A DNA stretch of 64,000 nt, from the NCBI GenBank assembly GCA_963737155.1, contig CAVTRN010000001.1, positions 704,001 to 768,000 on the forward strand. The letters are read 5' to 3'. Every line of letters starts with the position of its first letter. The first letter of the stretch is position 1. The stretch comes from Nitrospirota bacterium. Its GTDB lineage: Bacteria; Nitrospirota; UBA9217. The translations under genes were made by a program, and so were the position numbers. This document shows positions 21,435-31,709 of the stretch, piece after piece. Below the pieces are notes generated by a model, which was not told where the DNA came from, did not search any database, and was given only the letters and a program-made list of their open reading frames with translations.

Positions 21435-21710
21435 ATGAAAACGGTCATGGAAGAACAAGATATTCAAGCGATAGCCGAGCGCGTAGCGTCTATTCTTGCG
21501 CCGCTTCTTTTCCCGAAAAAGGAAACGGATTGAATCTTATCCGTTCGAGACCTCGCCGAATATCTCCGGGTGTCCGTGAAATGGGTATATGACCACTCGT
21601 TTGAACTGCCGAAGTTCAAGGTGAAGGGAAAGCTCCGTTTTCGAAAAAGTGAAATTGACGACTTGATTGTCAAATGGGCATTGGAAGAGCAAACAAAAAA
21701 AGGCGGATGA
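21435..21710 (+). pseudogene. Excisionase-like HTH protein, frameshifted
   Basis: DIQAIAERVA..., then GVSVKWVY...LPKFKVKGKLRFRKSEID. Confidence 0.7.
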
Positions 21711-21715
21711 TAACG

Positions 21716-21745
21716 TTGACAAATCCAATTGACCATTGGTATAAT
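21716..21745 (+). promoter_or_regulatory. Consensus sigma-70 promoter with embedded operator
   Basis: TTGACA-N18-TATAAT, with CCAAT-N5-ATTGG palindrome in the spacer. Confidence 0.6.
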
Positions 21746-21750
21746 TATGC

Positions 21751-21870
21751 CTTGAAGCCAGATGAGCTTAAAAAATGGTGAGCGGACAACGGATACACGC
21801 AAGGCGAACTCGGGGAGTTTTAGGTGTAGCGCTTTGCAGCATTTCTCGATGGAAGGAAAATGGAAAACAA
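21751..21870 (+). pseudogene. Cro/CI-type HTH relic
   Basis: KPDELKKW*ADNGYTQGELG..LGV..ISRW. Confidence 0.55.
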
Positions 21871-21971
21871 GCTTTTCCCTCTATTCTCCCTTTGGCTTTG
21901 AAGTCAATCCCAAGAAAGAGAGGCAAGAAGAAAGCAGACACAGCGAAGATGAAAGGAAGGAGGTGGAAAAG

Positions 21972-22250
21972 TTGAAGAGACATGTTGTGATAGTCGCGGC
22001 TGTTCTTTTAATGCTACTTGAGACCGGTTACACCTATGCTGACAATGAACACACCGCCTATTTGAAAAGTGCCGTAAGCGCATGTGAGCATAAAGTTCAA
22101 CAGACTGTTGAGCGTGATTTTAGTGCCTATGTCAGAAACGATAGTCAAATAAATTGGCTCGGGACAGCTAAAGCAGTCTTTGAATTTAAAAAATGTATGG
22201 CATCTATCGGAATTGATGTTGATGAAACGTCGAAGCCGCAAAACAGGTAG
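21972..22250 (+). CDS. Secreted hypothetical protein
   Basis: AGGAGG RBS, TTG start, signal peptide, two Cys. Confidence 0.5.
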   Translation: MKRHVVIVAAVLLMLLETGYTYADNEHTAYLKSAVSACEHKVQQTVERDFSAYVRNDSQINWLGTAKAVFEFKKCMASIGIDVDETSKPQNR

Positions 22251-22276
22251 TTTAATCAAGAAAGGAGATTCAAAGT

Positions 22277-22660
22277 ATGATGAGAAAAAGGAATTTATAA
22301 GCGTGGTGAAACATGATGGATTCGCTACACAGCACTTGATGGCAAAATGAAACGCAAGTCTACGGGTAGCGACAAGTACAAAGACGCCGAATATATATTA
22401 AGTGCGGAAAAGAAGGCCGTCCAAGAAGGCCTGTAGCAAGCGAAAATAACCGGCTTTACGTTCCATGACCTTAGGCACACTTTCGCTTCTCAATTAATCA
22501 TGGCGGGAGTGGAACGTACGACGATCAAGGAGCTTTTAGGACACAAAGATATAAAGATGACTCTCCGCTATTCGCACCTTGCCCCAGTTACAAGATGAGA
22601 GCCATAAACGTACTCGACAACCTCTTGAACCCCTCCCTGAACAGCACAATTACTGTACAA
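22277..22660 (+). pseudogene. Tyrosine integrase relic (core deleted)
   Basis: N-terminal GIYKRG..WIRY..KSTG fused to FHDLRHTFASQL..ELLGH..MTLRYSHL. Confidence 0.88.
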
Positions 22661-22707
22661 GAAGCAGAAAAGGAGTCAACCTATGTCAGCTAACTCCCTG
22701 ATTTACA

Positions 22708-22782
22708 TGGTGGGCGATGCTGGGTTTGAACCAGCGACCCCTGCCGTGTGAAGGCAGTGCTCTCCCGCTGAGCTAATCGCCC
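22708..22782 (-). tRNA. tRNA-Val (CAC)
   Basis: GGGCGATTAGCTCAGCGGGAGAGCACTGCCTT-CAC-ACGGCAGGGGTCGCTGGTTCAAACCCAGCATCGCCCACCA cloverleaf with encoded CCA. Confidence 0.97.
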
Positions 22783-22847
22783 AAAACGTTTACTTTTTAG
22801 CATGAGAGATGCTTATTAGTCAAGCTAAATCTGCTGCTAAATGAGTC

Positions 22848-24011
22848 TCACTCGATTGCTAGTATTGCGCACTTCAGGTACAGCGTCTCCCGCGCCGCGA
22901 GCAGAATCGGGTGGTCCCTGGCTTGCGTGCGCATTTCCCGCAAGTAAACCGTTCTGCCCGCTGAGTATGCTGCATCGATCAGCATTTCTCTGAACAGATC
23001 CTGATCGATATGGTGGGAACAGGAACATGTGACAAGCGTCCCGCCCGGTTCGAGCAGCTTCATTGCGCGGAGATTGATTTCCTTGTAACCTTTCAGTGCC
23101 TCGCGCACCTTGGCCCTACTTTTGACGAATGCGGGCGGATCCAGGATTATGCAGCCGAACCGTTCATGCTTTTTTTCGAGAACCCGCAGTTCCTCGAACA
23201 CGTCGGCTTTCCTGAAGCACGCCGGTAATCCGTTTCGTGCGGCATTTTCGGACGCAAATTTTATCGCTATTTCCGATGAATCGAGACCGGTGATTTCCGA
23301 CGCGCCGAACCGCGCAGCGCTGAGCGACCATGCGCCCACATAGCAGAAACAGTCGAGCACCCGCTGCCCAACTACGTAGTCTTTGAGTGTCTGCCGGTTT
23401 TCGCGCTGGTCAAAAAAAAAGCCCGTCTTCTGGCCTTCCAGTACATCCACCTGATAAACGATTCCCGACTCCTCGATCGTGACCGGACCAAGGATGGAAC
23501 CCTCTATCACCCGTTTCTCAAGGGGCAGGCCTTCTAATGCCCGGGAGGCCGAATCGTTTCGCAGTACTATCGCCTCCGGCGTGAATATCTCCTTCAGTAC
23601 TCCGGTAATCTCGCCGAGCAGACGGTCGATCCCGGCTGTGAGTGATTGCACTACAAGGGTATTCGAGTACTTGTCCACGATTAGCCCGGGCAGGCCGTCG
23701 CCTTCGCTGTACACGGCACGATAAGATTCACCGAACCCCAGGCGCGTTCTCAGCTCTCGTGCTGCTAAAATTCTTTTTCGGATGAAATCTGTGTTGATCT
23801 CTTCTAGATTGCGGGTAAGAATGCGGACGGCAATAAGTGAGCGGGGGTTGATATAGCCTCGGCCGATGAATCTACCCGACACATCAAGCACGTCGACGAT
23901 GTCGCCCGGAACAAGTTCTCTCGGGAGCTCCCTGAGCTCGTTGCTGAACACCCAGGGATGACCTCGCGTAATACGGCGATCTTCTTTTTGTTTGAGATGA
24001 ACGATTTTCAT
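22848..24011 (-). CDS. Class I SAM-dependent rRNA methyltransferase (RlmI-like)
   Basis: GHPWVFSNE, SEGDGLPGLIVD, GQKTGFFFDQR, LDPPAF, TCSCS. Confidence 0.9.
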   Translation of the reverse strand: MKIVHLKQKEDRRITRGHPWVFSNELRELPRELVPGDIVDVLDVSGRFIGRGYINPRSLIAVRILTRNLEEINTDFIRKRILAARELRTRLGFGESYRAVYSEGDGLPGLIVDKYSNTLVVQSLTAGIDRLLGEITGVLKEIFTPEAIVLRNDSASRALEGLPLEKRVIEGSILGPVTIEESGIVYQVDVLEGQKTGFFFDQRENRQTLKDYVVGQRVLDCFCYVGAWSLSAARFGASEITGLDSSEIAIKFASENAARNGLPACFRKADVFEELRVLEKKHERFGCIILDPPAFVKSRAKVREALKGYKEINLRAMKLLEPGGTLVTCSCSHHIDQDLFREMLIDAAYSAGRTVYLREMRTQARDHPILLAARETLYLKCAILAIE

Positions 24012-24101
24012 GGGCGGAGTTAATAGGCAGTGCGCAGAGGGCAGGTAAACACGGCACAAAGCAGATTTTCGCGCATTACACTTTGCACCCCGCCCCGTTT
24101 A

Positions 24102-25037
24102 CTACAGCCGGTTCTCGATGTTTGCGTCACTCCTAAGCGACTGTAGCCATGTCCGGTAGGTATTTTCCATCTTCTGCTGATAGAGTGCATTCATGATTTC
24201 ATCTTTAACTTTTTCAAAAGGCTTAACCTGCGTCCTCACTTCTTCAAGCCGTATGATGTGAAACCCGCCGCCGCATAGGATTGGTCCGGCAATCTCCCCT
24301 GCTTTAAGGTCGCGGGCCGCTTTCTCGATCTCGGGCTGCAGGTTCTGTCGCTCCATGAATCCCAGGTCTCCGTCCGACGATACAGCCCCCTGCGAGTGCT
24401 CACGGACCAACTCCAGAAAATCATCACCCTTTTTTGCGCGATCACATGTTGCCAGCGCCTTCGATTTGATGTCGGCAATCTGATCCGGCGTAGCGTTTTC
24501 GGGCACGGGGAAGTAAATCTGGCGCAGCCGAACTTCCTCTGGCACCGCGTAAGATTTCCGGTTCCGATCGTAATACGCGCGGACCTCCGCCTCGTCAACA
24601 GCGATGCCGGAGCGAACATACTTGCCAATCATGCGCGACAGCGTCATCTGTTCCCGAAGTGCCGATTTATATTGATCAAGCGTAAGCCCTTCCTTGGCGA
24701 GGGCCTCCTCAAACCGTTTCGCATCCAGGGAATTCCTCTTCATGATGTCCGCAATGGCGTCTGCGAGTTCTTTGTCCGTTACATCCATTCCCGCACGTTT
24801 TGCTGCATCCATCTGAAGCTTCCGGTCGATCATGTCTTCAAGCAGTTGGCGCTCATCGGTATTCGCGTTGACCTTCTTGAGCGCTTCCTCACGTTGGAGA
24901 TCACTCAAAGTGATTATTTCGTTGTTCACCACGGCAACCACGCGGTCCACAATGACTGTCCCGCTCGCCGAGCTCTGAAGACTGAAGGAAAGCAACAATG
25001 CTAGCGATGCAGTTAATGACAAAATGATTTTTTTCAA
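24102..25037 (-). CDS. SurA-like peptidyl-prolyl isomerase
   Basis: VDRVVAVVNNEIITLSD, one parvulin domain (GDLGF); TTG start after GGGGAG; the longer track ORF extends into the MITE. Confidence 0.88.
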   Translation of the reverse strand: MKKIILSLTASLALLLSFSLQSSASGTVIVDRVVAVVNNEIITLSDLQREEALKKVNANTDERQLLEDMIDRKLQMDAAKRAGMDVTDKELADAIADIMKRNSLDAKRFEEALAKEGLTLDQYKSALREQMTLSRMIGKYVRSGIAVDEAEVRAYYDRNRKSYAVPEEVRLRQIYFPVPENATPDQIADIKSKALATCDRAKKGDDFLELVREHSQGAVSSDGDLGFMERQNLQPEIEKAARDLKAGEIAGPILCGGGFHIIRLEEVRTQVKPFEKVKDEIMNALYQQKMENTYRTWLQSLRSDANIENRL

Positions 25038-25092
25038 TTGCAACTCCCCACCGTATCGCCGCCTTTTTGCTTTCTGTTGCCTTTTGGCGGTG

Positions 25093-25243
25093 AGTGAATT
25101 ACCCCGCAGCAAGCTGCGGGGCATCGGAACTTGAAACCTTAAAAAAGCACAACAAAGAAGCTGAAGACTTATCCTGGCTTCGCCAGGATGTCCTTTTCAT
25201 CCCAGCAGCAAGCTGCTGGGTATTTCAGGACTGTTTTATAAAT
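25093..25243 (-). mobile_element. 151-bp IS200/IS605-derived MITE, copy 2
   Basis: Identical to 18856-19006. Confidence 0.85.
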
Positions 25244-25398
25244 TAAGATTCGCCCTCATGCCCTAGGAAATTGAAATCTACAAAGGCCGACTCGCCGCCT
25301 GCATCCTGGAAATTCGTGTTTGGTTCGAAAAAGCAGCAACGGACTCTTTAAATTACTACTTTTGACCTTCTAGAACAAGCCCCTTTTCTCAGAGCATA

Positions 25399-26403
25399 TC
25401 AATCCTTTGGAATGTCTGCGGGACTCTTCTCCTCCTGAGATAGCTGTCCCAGAACCTGGTAATTCACTGCAAACTTGGTTCGCGAACGGAGTTCCTTGAG
25501 CCATTGCTTGTAACGGTCGTCCTCTTTCGTCCGCCGCAGTTTTTCGTTGATTTCCTTGTAGGCATTTTCTAGACTTATGCTGCCAGCCTTCCGCCGATCC
25601 TCGAGTTTGAAGACGTGGTACCCGTAGGGACTCTTTACAATCCCGCTGATTCCTCCCTTGGGCAACCCGAAGACCACATTAAACGCTGCCGGCATCTCCC
25701 CTTGGGCAAAATAGCCAAGATCCCCACCTTTCTCCGCCTCCGGTGCCATTGATTTTTTGCGCGCAATCTTCGCGAAGTCGGCGTTTGCGGCCTGCAAAAG
25801 TTCTAGCACTTTCCGGGCTTCCTCCTCGGTAGAGACAACAATCTGGCGTACGCGGACCTGTTCCGACTTTATAAATTCCTGCGGGTTAGCCTCGTAATAG
25901 CGCCTGATCTCAGACTGCGTTACAGTCACGCGCTGGTTCAGGTCGCGGGCAAGCAGCCGATCGATCATCATGTCTTCCCAGATATCGGATTTCCATTTTT
26001 CGTAATCAATGCCGAGCCCGGCGAGCACCTCCCTGATGTCCTTCCCTTGCTCGATGCGAAGCTTCTCGATCCGTGCATTGATGTCGGAAGGACCGATCCT
26101 GATTCGCCTGCGCTGGGCCTCCAGCAGCAGCATCTTTCGCTCGATGAGTCTGTTCAGAAATTCTTCCTTGATCTCGCGTTCTGCCCCGGGATCCGGCTTA
26201 AATCCCGCCCGACCAAACCGATCTTGAAATTCGGCAAGCGTAATAGGGTAGCCGTTTACGGTTGCCACAACCTGGGCATCGGCCGTTACCGCCGGCACCG
26301 CGGTTACGACCGATTTTTCGTCGACCTTTTTACTGCATCCAAAAAATAGTAGCCCCAGAAAAAATGCTGGGGCTACACAGTTTGTGAGTCGCTGGATTTT
26401 CAT
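25399..26403 (-). CDS. PpiC/PrsA-type peptidyl-prolyl isomerase lipoprotein
   Basis: Lipobox FFGC, SurA N-domain, GGDLGYF, SPYGYHVFK. Confidence 0.9.
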   Translation of the reverse strand: MKIQRLTNCVAPAFFLGLLFFGCSKKVDEKSVVTAVPAVTADAQVVATVNGYPITLAEFQDRFGRAGFKPDPGAEREIKEEFLNRLIERKMLLLEAQRRRIRIGPSDINARIEKLRIEQGKDIREVLAGLGIDYEKWKSDIWEDMMIDRLLARDLNQRVTVTQSEIRRYYEANPQEFIKSEQVRVRQIVVSTEEEARKVLELLQAANADFAKIARKKSMAPEAEKGGDLGYFAQGEMPAAFNVVFGLPKGGISGIVKSPYGYHVFKLEDRRKAGSISLENAYKEINEKLRRTKEDDRYKQWLKELRSRTKFAVNYQVLGQLSQEEKSPADIPKD

Positions 26404-26411
26404 GGGCTGCT

Positions 26412-27134
26412 TTATTTTTTCGTTTCTTCTTTTTTCGGGGCGACCTGCGCTTTCAGGTTCGAAAGATCCACGTCCTTGGGCTGTACTAACTCCGCAACCG
26501 CGGAGTCCAGAATCTTTTCATCCACCGTTATCTTTGCCTTTTCCCTGAGCCCTTTTGCATAAGCGAGATAGAGGTCTCTCCGCTTCTCCTGTAACATCCG
26601 CATTTTTAATTGAGGTTCTATTTCCTTTAAGCTGACCGGTTTGCCGACTGCTTTCGTTATTTTATCCTTGTTCGTAGTGTAATACTCGCGAACCTCCTGG
26701 TCCGTTGGTTGCGCAATCTTGGCCAATTTATCGCCGATCTCTTTTTGCAACACGGTGTTGAAAAGCTCGTTCTTGGCATCGTCCTGCATCCTGCGCTCAA
26801 GCTCTACCTTGAGCATCTCCTGCTTCTTTTTGAATTCACTGTCCTTGTCCAGCCCCTGCCGCTTAGCTTCTTGGATCACCAGCTCGATTCCTATCAAGTC
26901 GTCGAGAAACTCCCTTCTCGCTTTGGGGTCGGCTACCACGGCCTGTTGCATCTGCGGTGCCAGCTCCTCAACCTGTTTTTTGAAATCCGAGGTGGTGATT
27001 GAGCCTTCGTTCACGTGCGCCAAAACGGGGCCGCCCAATGCGACGCCGCCGTTGTTGGATCCTTTATTACATCCTGTAGCTGAAATAACGAGTACAAGCA
27101 GTGATGCTCCAATAACATATCTGTATCTCTTCAT
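26412..27134 (-). CDS. SurA N-domain lipoprotein chaperone lacking a parvulin domain
   Basis: Lipobox ATGC, LAHVNEGSIT, QEAKRQGLDKD, EVREYY; no GGDLG motif. Confidence 0.75.
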   Translation of the reverse strand: MKRYRYVIGASLLVLVISATGCNKGSNNGGVALGGPVLAHVNEGSITTSDFKKQVEELAPQMQQAVVADPKARREFLDDLIGIELVIQEAKRQGLDKDSEFKKKQEMLKVELERRMQDDAKNELFNTVLQKEIGDKLAKIAQPTDQEVREYYTTNKDKITKAVGKPVSLKEIEPQLKMRMLQEKRRDLYLAYAKGLREKAKITVDEKILDSAVAELVQPKDVDLSNLKAQVAPKKEETKK

Positions 27135-27231
27135 GAAGTTGTTTCCTCCGACCAGTTTATTTGTGTCTTTCGTTTTAGTTTTACATGGGGGTTAATTCTG
27201 TGATGAGTATTAGATCAAATAATATAGCACA

Positions 27232-30200
27232 CTAAAGCAGTTCCTGCAAGCACTTTTTCACCGTTTCCGAAGCAGTCTGGAGTGTTTCGTCGGAAAGCGC
27301 GATCCGAAGCGTGTATTCAGAAATAAGCGTGATCCGCCCCTTGTTCCTTTTGAGCAGCGTCATGATACGGTCCGGCGAAATATTCGCGTTCTCAGCAAAA
27401 GTTATCGTGAGGCTCTCCCTGCCCGCATCGATCCGGGATACCCTTGCCAGTCTGGCGATCAGCTTTATGATCATGATCTCAAGTAGATTGACCGCGGGCT
27501 CGGGCAATGCGCCGTACCGGTCGCGGAGTCCCTCGGCAAGGTCGCGGAGCTGGACCTCATCCGATGCGCTCGAGATCTCTTTGTACGCAGCAAGCCGCAG
27601 GCTCATGTCGCTGATGTAATCTTCAGGAATGAACGCCGACGCACGCATATTGATGACCGTTTCGAGCTCTGGAGAAATCTCTTCGCCGCGGAGTTCAGCG
27701 ATTGCCTCTTCCATCATTTGAGTGTAGAGGTCTATGCCAATTGCCGCAATGTGGCCAGACTGCTGCTTGCCAAGCAGATTTCCGGCGCCCCGTGTTTCAA
27801 GGTCCTGCGCCGCGATGCGAAAGCCCGCTCCAAGCTCCGAAAGCTCCTGAATCGCGCGAAGACGCTTGCGTGCCACCTCGTTAAGCGCTTCCTCGGCGGG
27901 CGCCAGCAAATAGGCAAAGGCTTTTTCCCTGCTTCTCCCGACGCGGCCCTTGATCTGATAAAGATCCGCGAGTCCAAACCGGTCTGCGCGATTGATAATG
28001 ATCGTATTTGCGGTTGGTATGTCAATGCCTGATTCGATGATTGTAGTCGTTACGAGCACGTTGAGTGTCCCGGAAATGAACTTCGTCATGACTTCCTCGA
28101 TCTCGTCTTCCTTGAGCTGGCCGTGCGCAATACCGACCTTCGCTTCGGGCACGAGAACTTGAATGAAGTCCGCCATACGCTCGATGCCCTGGATCCGATT
28201 GTGGACAAAGAAGACCTGCCCCCCGCGTTCGATCTCCCGGATGATCGCTTCGCGGATTACACGCTTGCCGAAACGGGCCAGCACCACCTGGATAGCCTGA
28301 CGATCGAGAGGCGGCGTCTGGATGATCGAGAGGTCACGGATCCCGGCAAGCGACATGTGAAGCGTGCGAGGAATCGGCGTGGCCGTGAGCGTGAGAACAT
28401 CAATAAGTTTTTTGAACTCCTTGATCCTCTCCTTGTGCCTCACGCCGAACTTGTGCTCCTCATCCACTACCAGGAGTCCAAGGTTCTTGAATGATACATC
28501 CTTCTGCAGCAGCCGGTGCGTCCCGATAACAATATCCACGACCCCGCTTTTCAGTCCCTTGATCGTTTCCTGCTGCTCGAACCTGGAACGAAAACGGGAT
28601 AGCATGTCTACGCGGATCGAAAACGGGGCGAGTCGCTGGGAAAAGGTCCGGTAGTGTTGATCGGCGAGCAGCGTTGTGGGTACGAGTACCGCTGCCTGCA
28701 TCCCATCCTCCACTGCTTTGAAGGCTGCGCGCAGAGCAACTTCCGTTTTCCCGTAGCCCACATCGCCGCACACGAGGCGGTCCATGGGCCTCGGCCGCTG
28801 CATATCGGACAGCACATCTTCGATGGCCTTCTGCTGGTCCGGCGTCTCTTCATAGGGGAAGACGGACTCGAATTCTCGGTAAAGATTGTCGGGTTGTGAA
28901 AAGGGCGTGCGGTGCATAGCTTCGCGGGCCGCGTAAATCGCGACGAGTTCCTGAGCCATGGCCAGAATGTCTTTCTTTATTTTTTCTTTTGTCTTCGACC
29001 AGGCAGGAGCGCCCAGCCGGTTGAGCTTCGGCTCAGTGCCCTCGATGCCAATGTATTTCTGCACCTTGTCGAGGCTGTAGAGCGGAATATACAATTTTGC
29101 ATCAGGTTCGTAGCGGAGTGTGAGAAAATCGGTCTCGAATCCATCGACATTAATGTGTGTCAGACCCTGGTACTCACCTACACCGTAGTCCGTGTGCACC
29201 ACGAAATCACCCGGTTTGAGCTCCTTGAACGTTGATAGAAAAGGCGCGATCTTCGCTTTCGAAGGCGGCGGCCTGTGGATCTTTCTTCCGAAAATCTCCT
29301 CTTCCGTGATAAAGCAGAAGCCCAGATCCGCCCACACAAAACCCTCGCTAAGCCTGCCGACAATAGCAGTGACCGGCCACGGTCCGGATTCCTGATTAGT
29401 GACCGAAGAGCTAAGCGCGATACCCATGCCTGACTCGGTAAAAAGATTCTTGATCCTCACGGCGGCTTCGTCTGTGCCGCAGACAATGACAACGCGGTTA
29501 AACTCTCTCAGCCTTTTTAGCTTTTCCACGACGCCAGCCAGCGTTCCCTCAGCCGGACCATCGTGGGCCGGATTCCCTTCGACCGGTTTTGTCAGCCTTA
29601 CTCCTAGCCAAGCAGCGGATTTTGTGTCTTGTCGGTAGCCAGCATTTGTACCGAGCAACATAAGGTTGATTACTGAAACTTTGGCAAGTTCGAAAGAGAG
29701 CGCTTTCTGGTCAAGAAAAAACTCTGCTGCTCCTGGCAGCAACCGGCCTTCCGCGGTCTCTTCCTCTCGCCCCACATTGATCCTTTTTTGCTGTACTTCT
29801 ATCTCCTTTTTTATGTCCTCTGCTTCAATGAGAGCAAAACAGCTGTTTGTAGGGAGATATTTGAAAAGACTTTCCATCTCATAAAAAAAAGGCGCTAGGA
29901 ATTCCCCTCCTGGCGGGAGAGTACTCTCTCTGAGCTGCTCGATAAGACCGTCGTCGTCAACGTGATGGCTGAATTGCTCAATCCCCTTTTCGGTAATGAT
30001 TATTTCTCTTACCGGAAGCACCACGGTTTCTCGGATTTCGGAGAGCGAGCGCTGGGTTTCAGGATCGAACTCGCGGAGGGACTCAATCGTATCACCGAAA
30101 AATTCCAGCCGAACCGGAGTGTCATAAAGAGGCGAAAAAAAATCGATGATGCCCCCCCTTCTACTAAACTCACCTATACGGGTGACCAGGGAGGAGGACT

Positions 30201-30696
30201 CATAGCCTGTAGCTACGAGCGCGGCAACCAGACTTTCGGGGTTGATTTGGGAGGTTTCGGTGATTGTCTTAACCGAGTCGGCAAACATCTCCCAGGGGGG
30301 GAGCTTCTGCATCAGCGACTGGGCGGGCACAATGTAGATTCCCGTTTTTCCCGCGATCAGGCTGTAGAGAAACCGCATACGTTCGCCGACCGTACGGCTG
30401 TCCGGGGAATCGGCTTCGAAAGGCAGAACGCCCCACGTTGGAAGGAGATGAACTGACATCGCTTCCTCTGTCTCACCATGAGGCATTTTGTGCCGCAAAA
30501 AATTAACGTCTTCTGCAAGCGCCGCGGCGGCGTCTTCGGTGGCGGTGACGACAACAACGGGGCCGCTAGTTTCGCGGCTCAGCCCGAATAAAAAAAGAGC
30601 CTTCGCGGCCCCCCATAGTTCGCTCACTTCTATTGTTTTTTTTCCTGCCTGGATATCGTTGAGGACAGGTAGGATGATGTCGTACAGTTTCGTCAT
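27232..30696 (-). CDS. mfd: Transcription-repair coupling factor
   Basis: RGGIIDFF, CGDVGYGKTEVA, DEEH, TATPIPRTL, TRCF C-terminal domain. Confidence 0.97.
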   Translation of the reverse strand: MTKLYDIILPVLNDIQAGKKTIEVSELWGAAKALFLFGLSRETSGPVVVVTATEDAAAALAEDVNFLRHKMPHGETEEAMSVHLLPTWGVLPFEADSPDSRTVGERMRFLYSLIAGKTGIYIVPAQSLMQKLPPWEMFADSVKTITETSQINPESLVAALVATGYESSSLVTRIGEFSRRGGIIDFFSPLYDTPVRLEFFGDTIESLREFDPETQRSLSEIRETVVLPVREIIITEKGIEQFSHHVDDDGLIEQLRESTLPPGGEFLAPFFYEMESLFKYLPTNSCFALIEAEDIKKEIEVQQKRINVGREEETAEGRLLPGAAEFFLDQKALSFELAKVSVINLMLLGTNAGYRQDTKSAAWLGVRLTKPVEGNPAHDGPAEGTLAGVVEKLKRLREFNRVVIVCGTDEAAVRIKNLFTESGMGIALSSSVTNQESGPWPVTAIVGRLSEGFVWADLGFCFITEEEIFGRKIHRPPPSKAKIAPFLSTFKELKPGDFVVHTDYGVGEYQGLTHINVDGFETDFLTLRYEPDAKLYIPLYSLDKVQKYIGIEGTEPKLNRLGAPAWSKTKEKIKKDILAMAQELVAIYAAREAMHRTPFSQPDNLYREFESVFPYEETPDQQKAIEDVLSDMQRPRPMDRLVCGDVGYGKTEVALRAAFKAVEDGMQAAVLVPTTLLADQHYRTFSQRLAPFSIRVDMLSRFRSRFEQQETIKGLKSGVVDIVIGTHRLLQKDVSFKNLGLLVVDEEHKFGVRHKERIKEFKKLIDVLTLTATPIPRTLHMSLAGIRDLSIIQTPPLDRQAIQVVLARFGKRVIREAIIREIERGGQVFFVHNRIQGIERMADFIQVLVPEAKVGIAHGQLKEDEIEEVMTKFISGTLNVLVTTTIIESGIDIPTANTIIINRADRFGLADLYQIKGRVGRSREKAFAYLLAPAEEALNEVARKRLRAIQELSELGAGFRIAAQDLETRGAGNLLGKQQSGHIAAIGIDLYTQMMEEAIAELRGEEISPELETVINMRASAFIPEDYISDMSLRLAAYKEISSASDEVQLRDLAEGLRDRYGALPEPAVNLLEIMIIKLIARLARVSRIDAGRESLTITFAENANISPDRIMTLLKRNKGRITLISEYTLRIALSDETLQTASETVKKCLQELL

Positions 30697-30788
30697 GTAT
30701 CAAGCATAATAGCACAGCAAGTTGGTTAATTCAATATTGTGAAAATGCGGAGTAGGTCCCATGAAAGATCAATCGACTTGTATTGCGC

Positions 30789-31520
30789 CTACCCGCTCTC
30801 CCAGGCTATTGCCCGCTCGTAATCCTTGAAATGCTTCTCTCTTCTCCTGAACTCACGGGAGTGTACGATTCTCCTGTTCCCTTCCTGGGCGATGCCGATG
30901 GCAGCATGAAGCATTTCATGATATACGATGAAAGTGATGTAATAGCGGGGTACCCTTTTCTTATCGAGCACGGGATTTATTCTTATGATGTTCGACCTTT
31001 CGCTGAAGCTGCCGAGCGTTCGTTTTCTTACAGAGTTGCGCAGACTACGTAAGCCCCATGTAATTCTGGCATTGATCAAGCCTCCAAAATATTCTTCGTT
31101 CACGCTGTTAAATAATTCCCGAAGATCATGGAACCGGCCACATGTCCTGACAAAAACCTTATTCGGAGGACCTGCCTGGATATGTGCCCTGTTGTCGCGA
31201 ACGAACTTCCGAAAGCGGGTCATCTCGCGTCTGTTACCTTGCAGATAATAGGCAATCTCCTCGATCACCTCGTTATCCGCATGGAGAAAGAGCCGGTGCA
31301 GGCGGATTCGCAGAACGTCGTCCCGTTTGCGCACCGACAGCATGGTCGTCGAGTTTTCCGTGAATACGAGAGAGATCGACCGGCCGACACGTTCTTCGAG
31401 ATAATGCTTGAAGGAGCGTTCCGAACGGGCAAAAGATAGGTTCAGGGAATAATTTAACGCTACCCCATCCATGATAATCGTATTTGCAACCTGCTTTCGA
31501 GCATCAGACAAAGTTGTCAC
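30789..31520 (-). CDS. SprT-like zinc metalloprotease domain protein
   Basis: IRINPVLD..VP..IVYHEMLH...HSREF; start uncertain. Confidence 0.8.
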   Translation of the reverse strand: MTTLSDARKQVANTIIMDGVALNYSLNLSFARSERSFKHYLEERVGRSISLVFTENSTTMLSVRKRDDVLRIRLHRLFLHADNEVIEEIAYYLQGNRREMTRFRKFVRDNRAHIQAGPPNKVFVRTCGRFHDLRELFNSVNEEYFGGLINARITWGLRSLRNSVRKRTLGSFSERSNIIRINPVLDKKRVPRYYITFIVYHEMLHAAIGIAQEGNRRIVHSREFRRREKHFKDYERAIAWESG

Positions 31521-31709
31521 TTCTTTTTAATTCCAGAGGACCGACCAACACTTCCGTTAGCACGAAGCATTGTACGATGTTCACGAAGGGGGAACAAGAA
31601 AAAATATAATCGCTAAAGAAGAAAACTGGGGGAAGGCTAATAATTCGAAGTTGGTACGAGTGATAAACTTCACTTGCTTCATGCTTCTCCGTAGGTTACA
31701 ATTACCGAG

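Larger units (their letters stand above)
19048..22782. mobile_element. Decayed integrative element / prophage relic at tRNA-Val
   Basis: att pair, integrase and excisionase relics, Cro-like HTH relic, AT-rich cargo. Confidence 0.8.

Noticed and set aside
25038-25124. N-terminal extension MPRSLLRG of the SurA ORF
   Set aside because: It starts inside the MITE; an RBS and signal peptide support the TTG start near 25037
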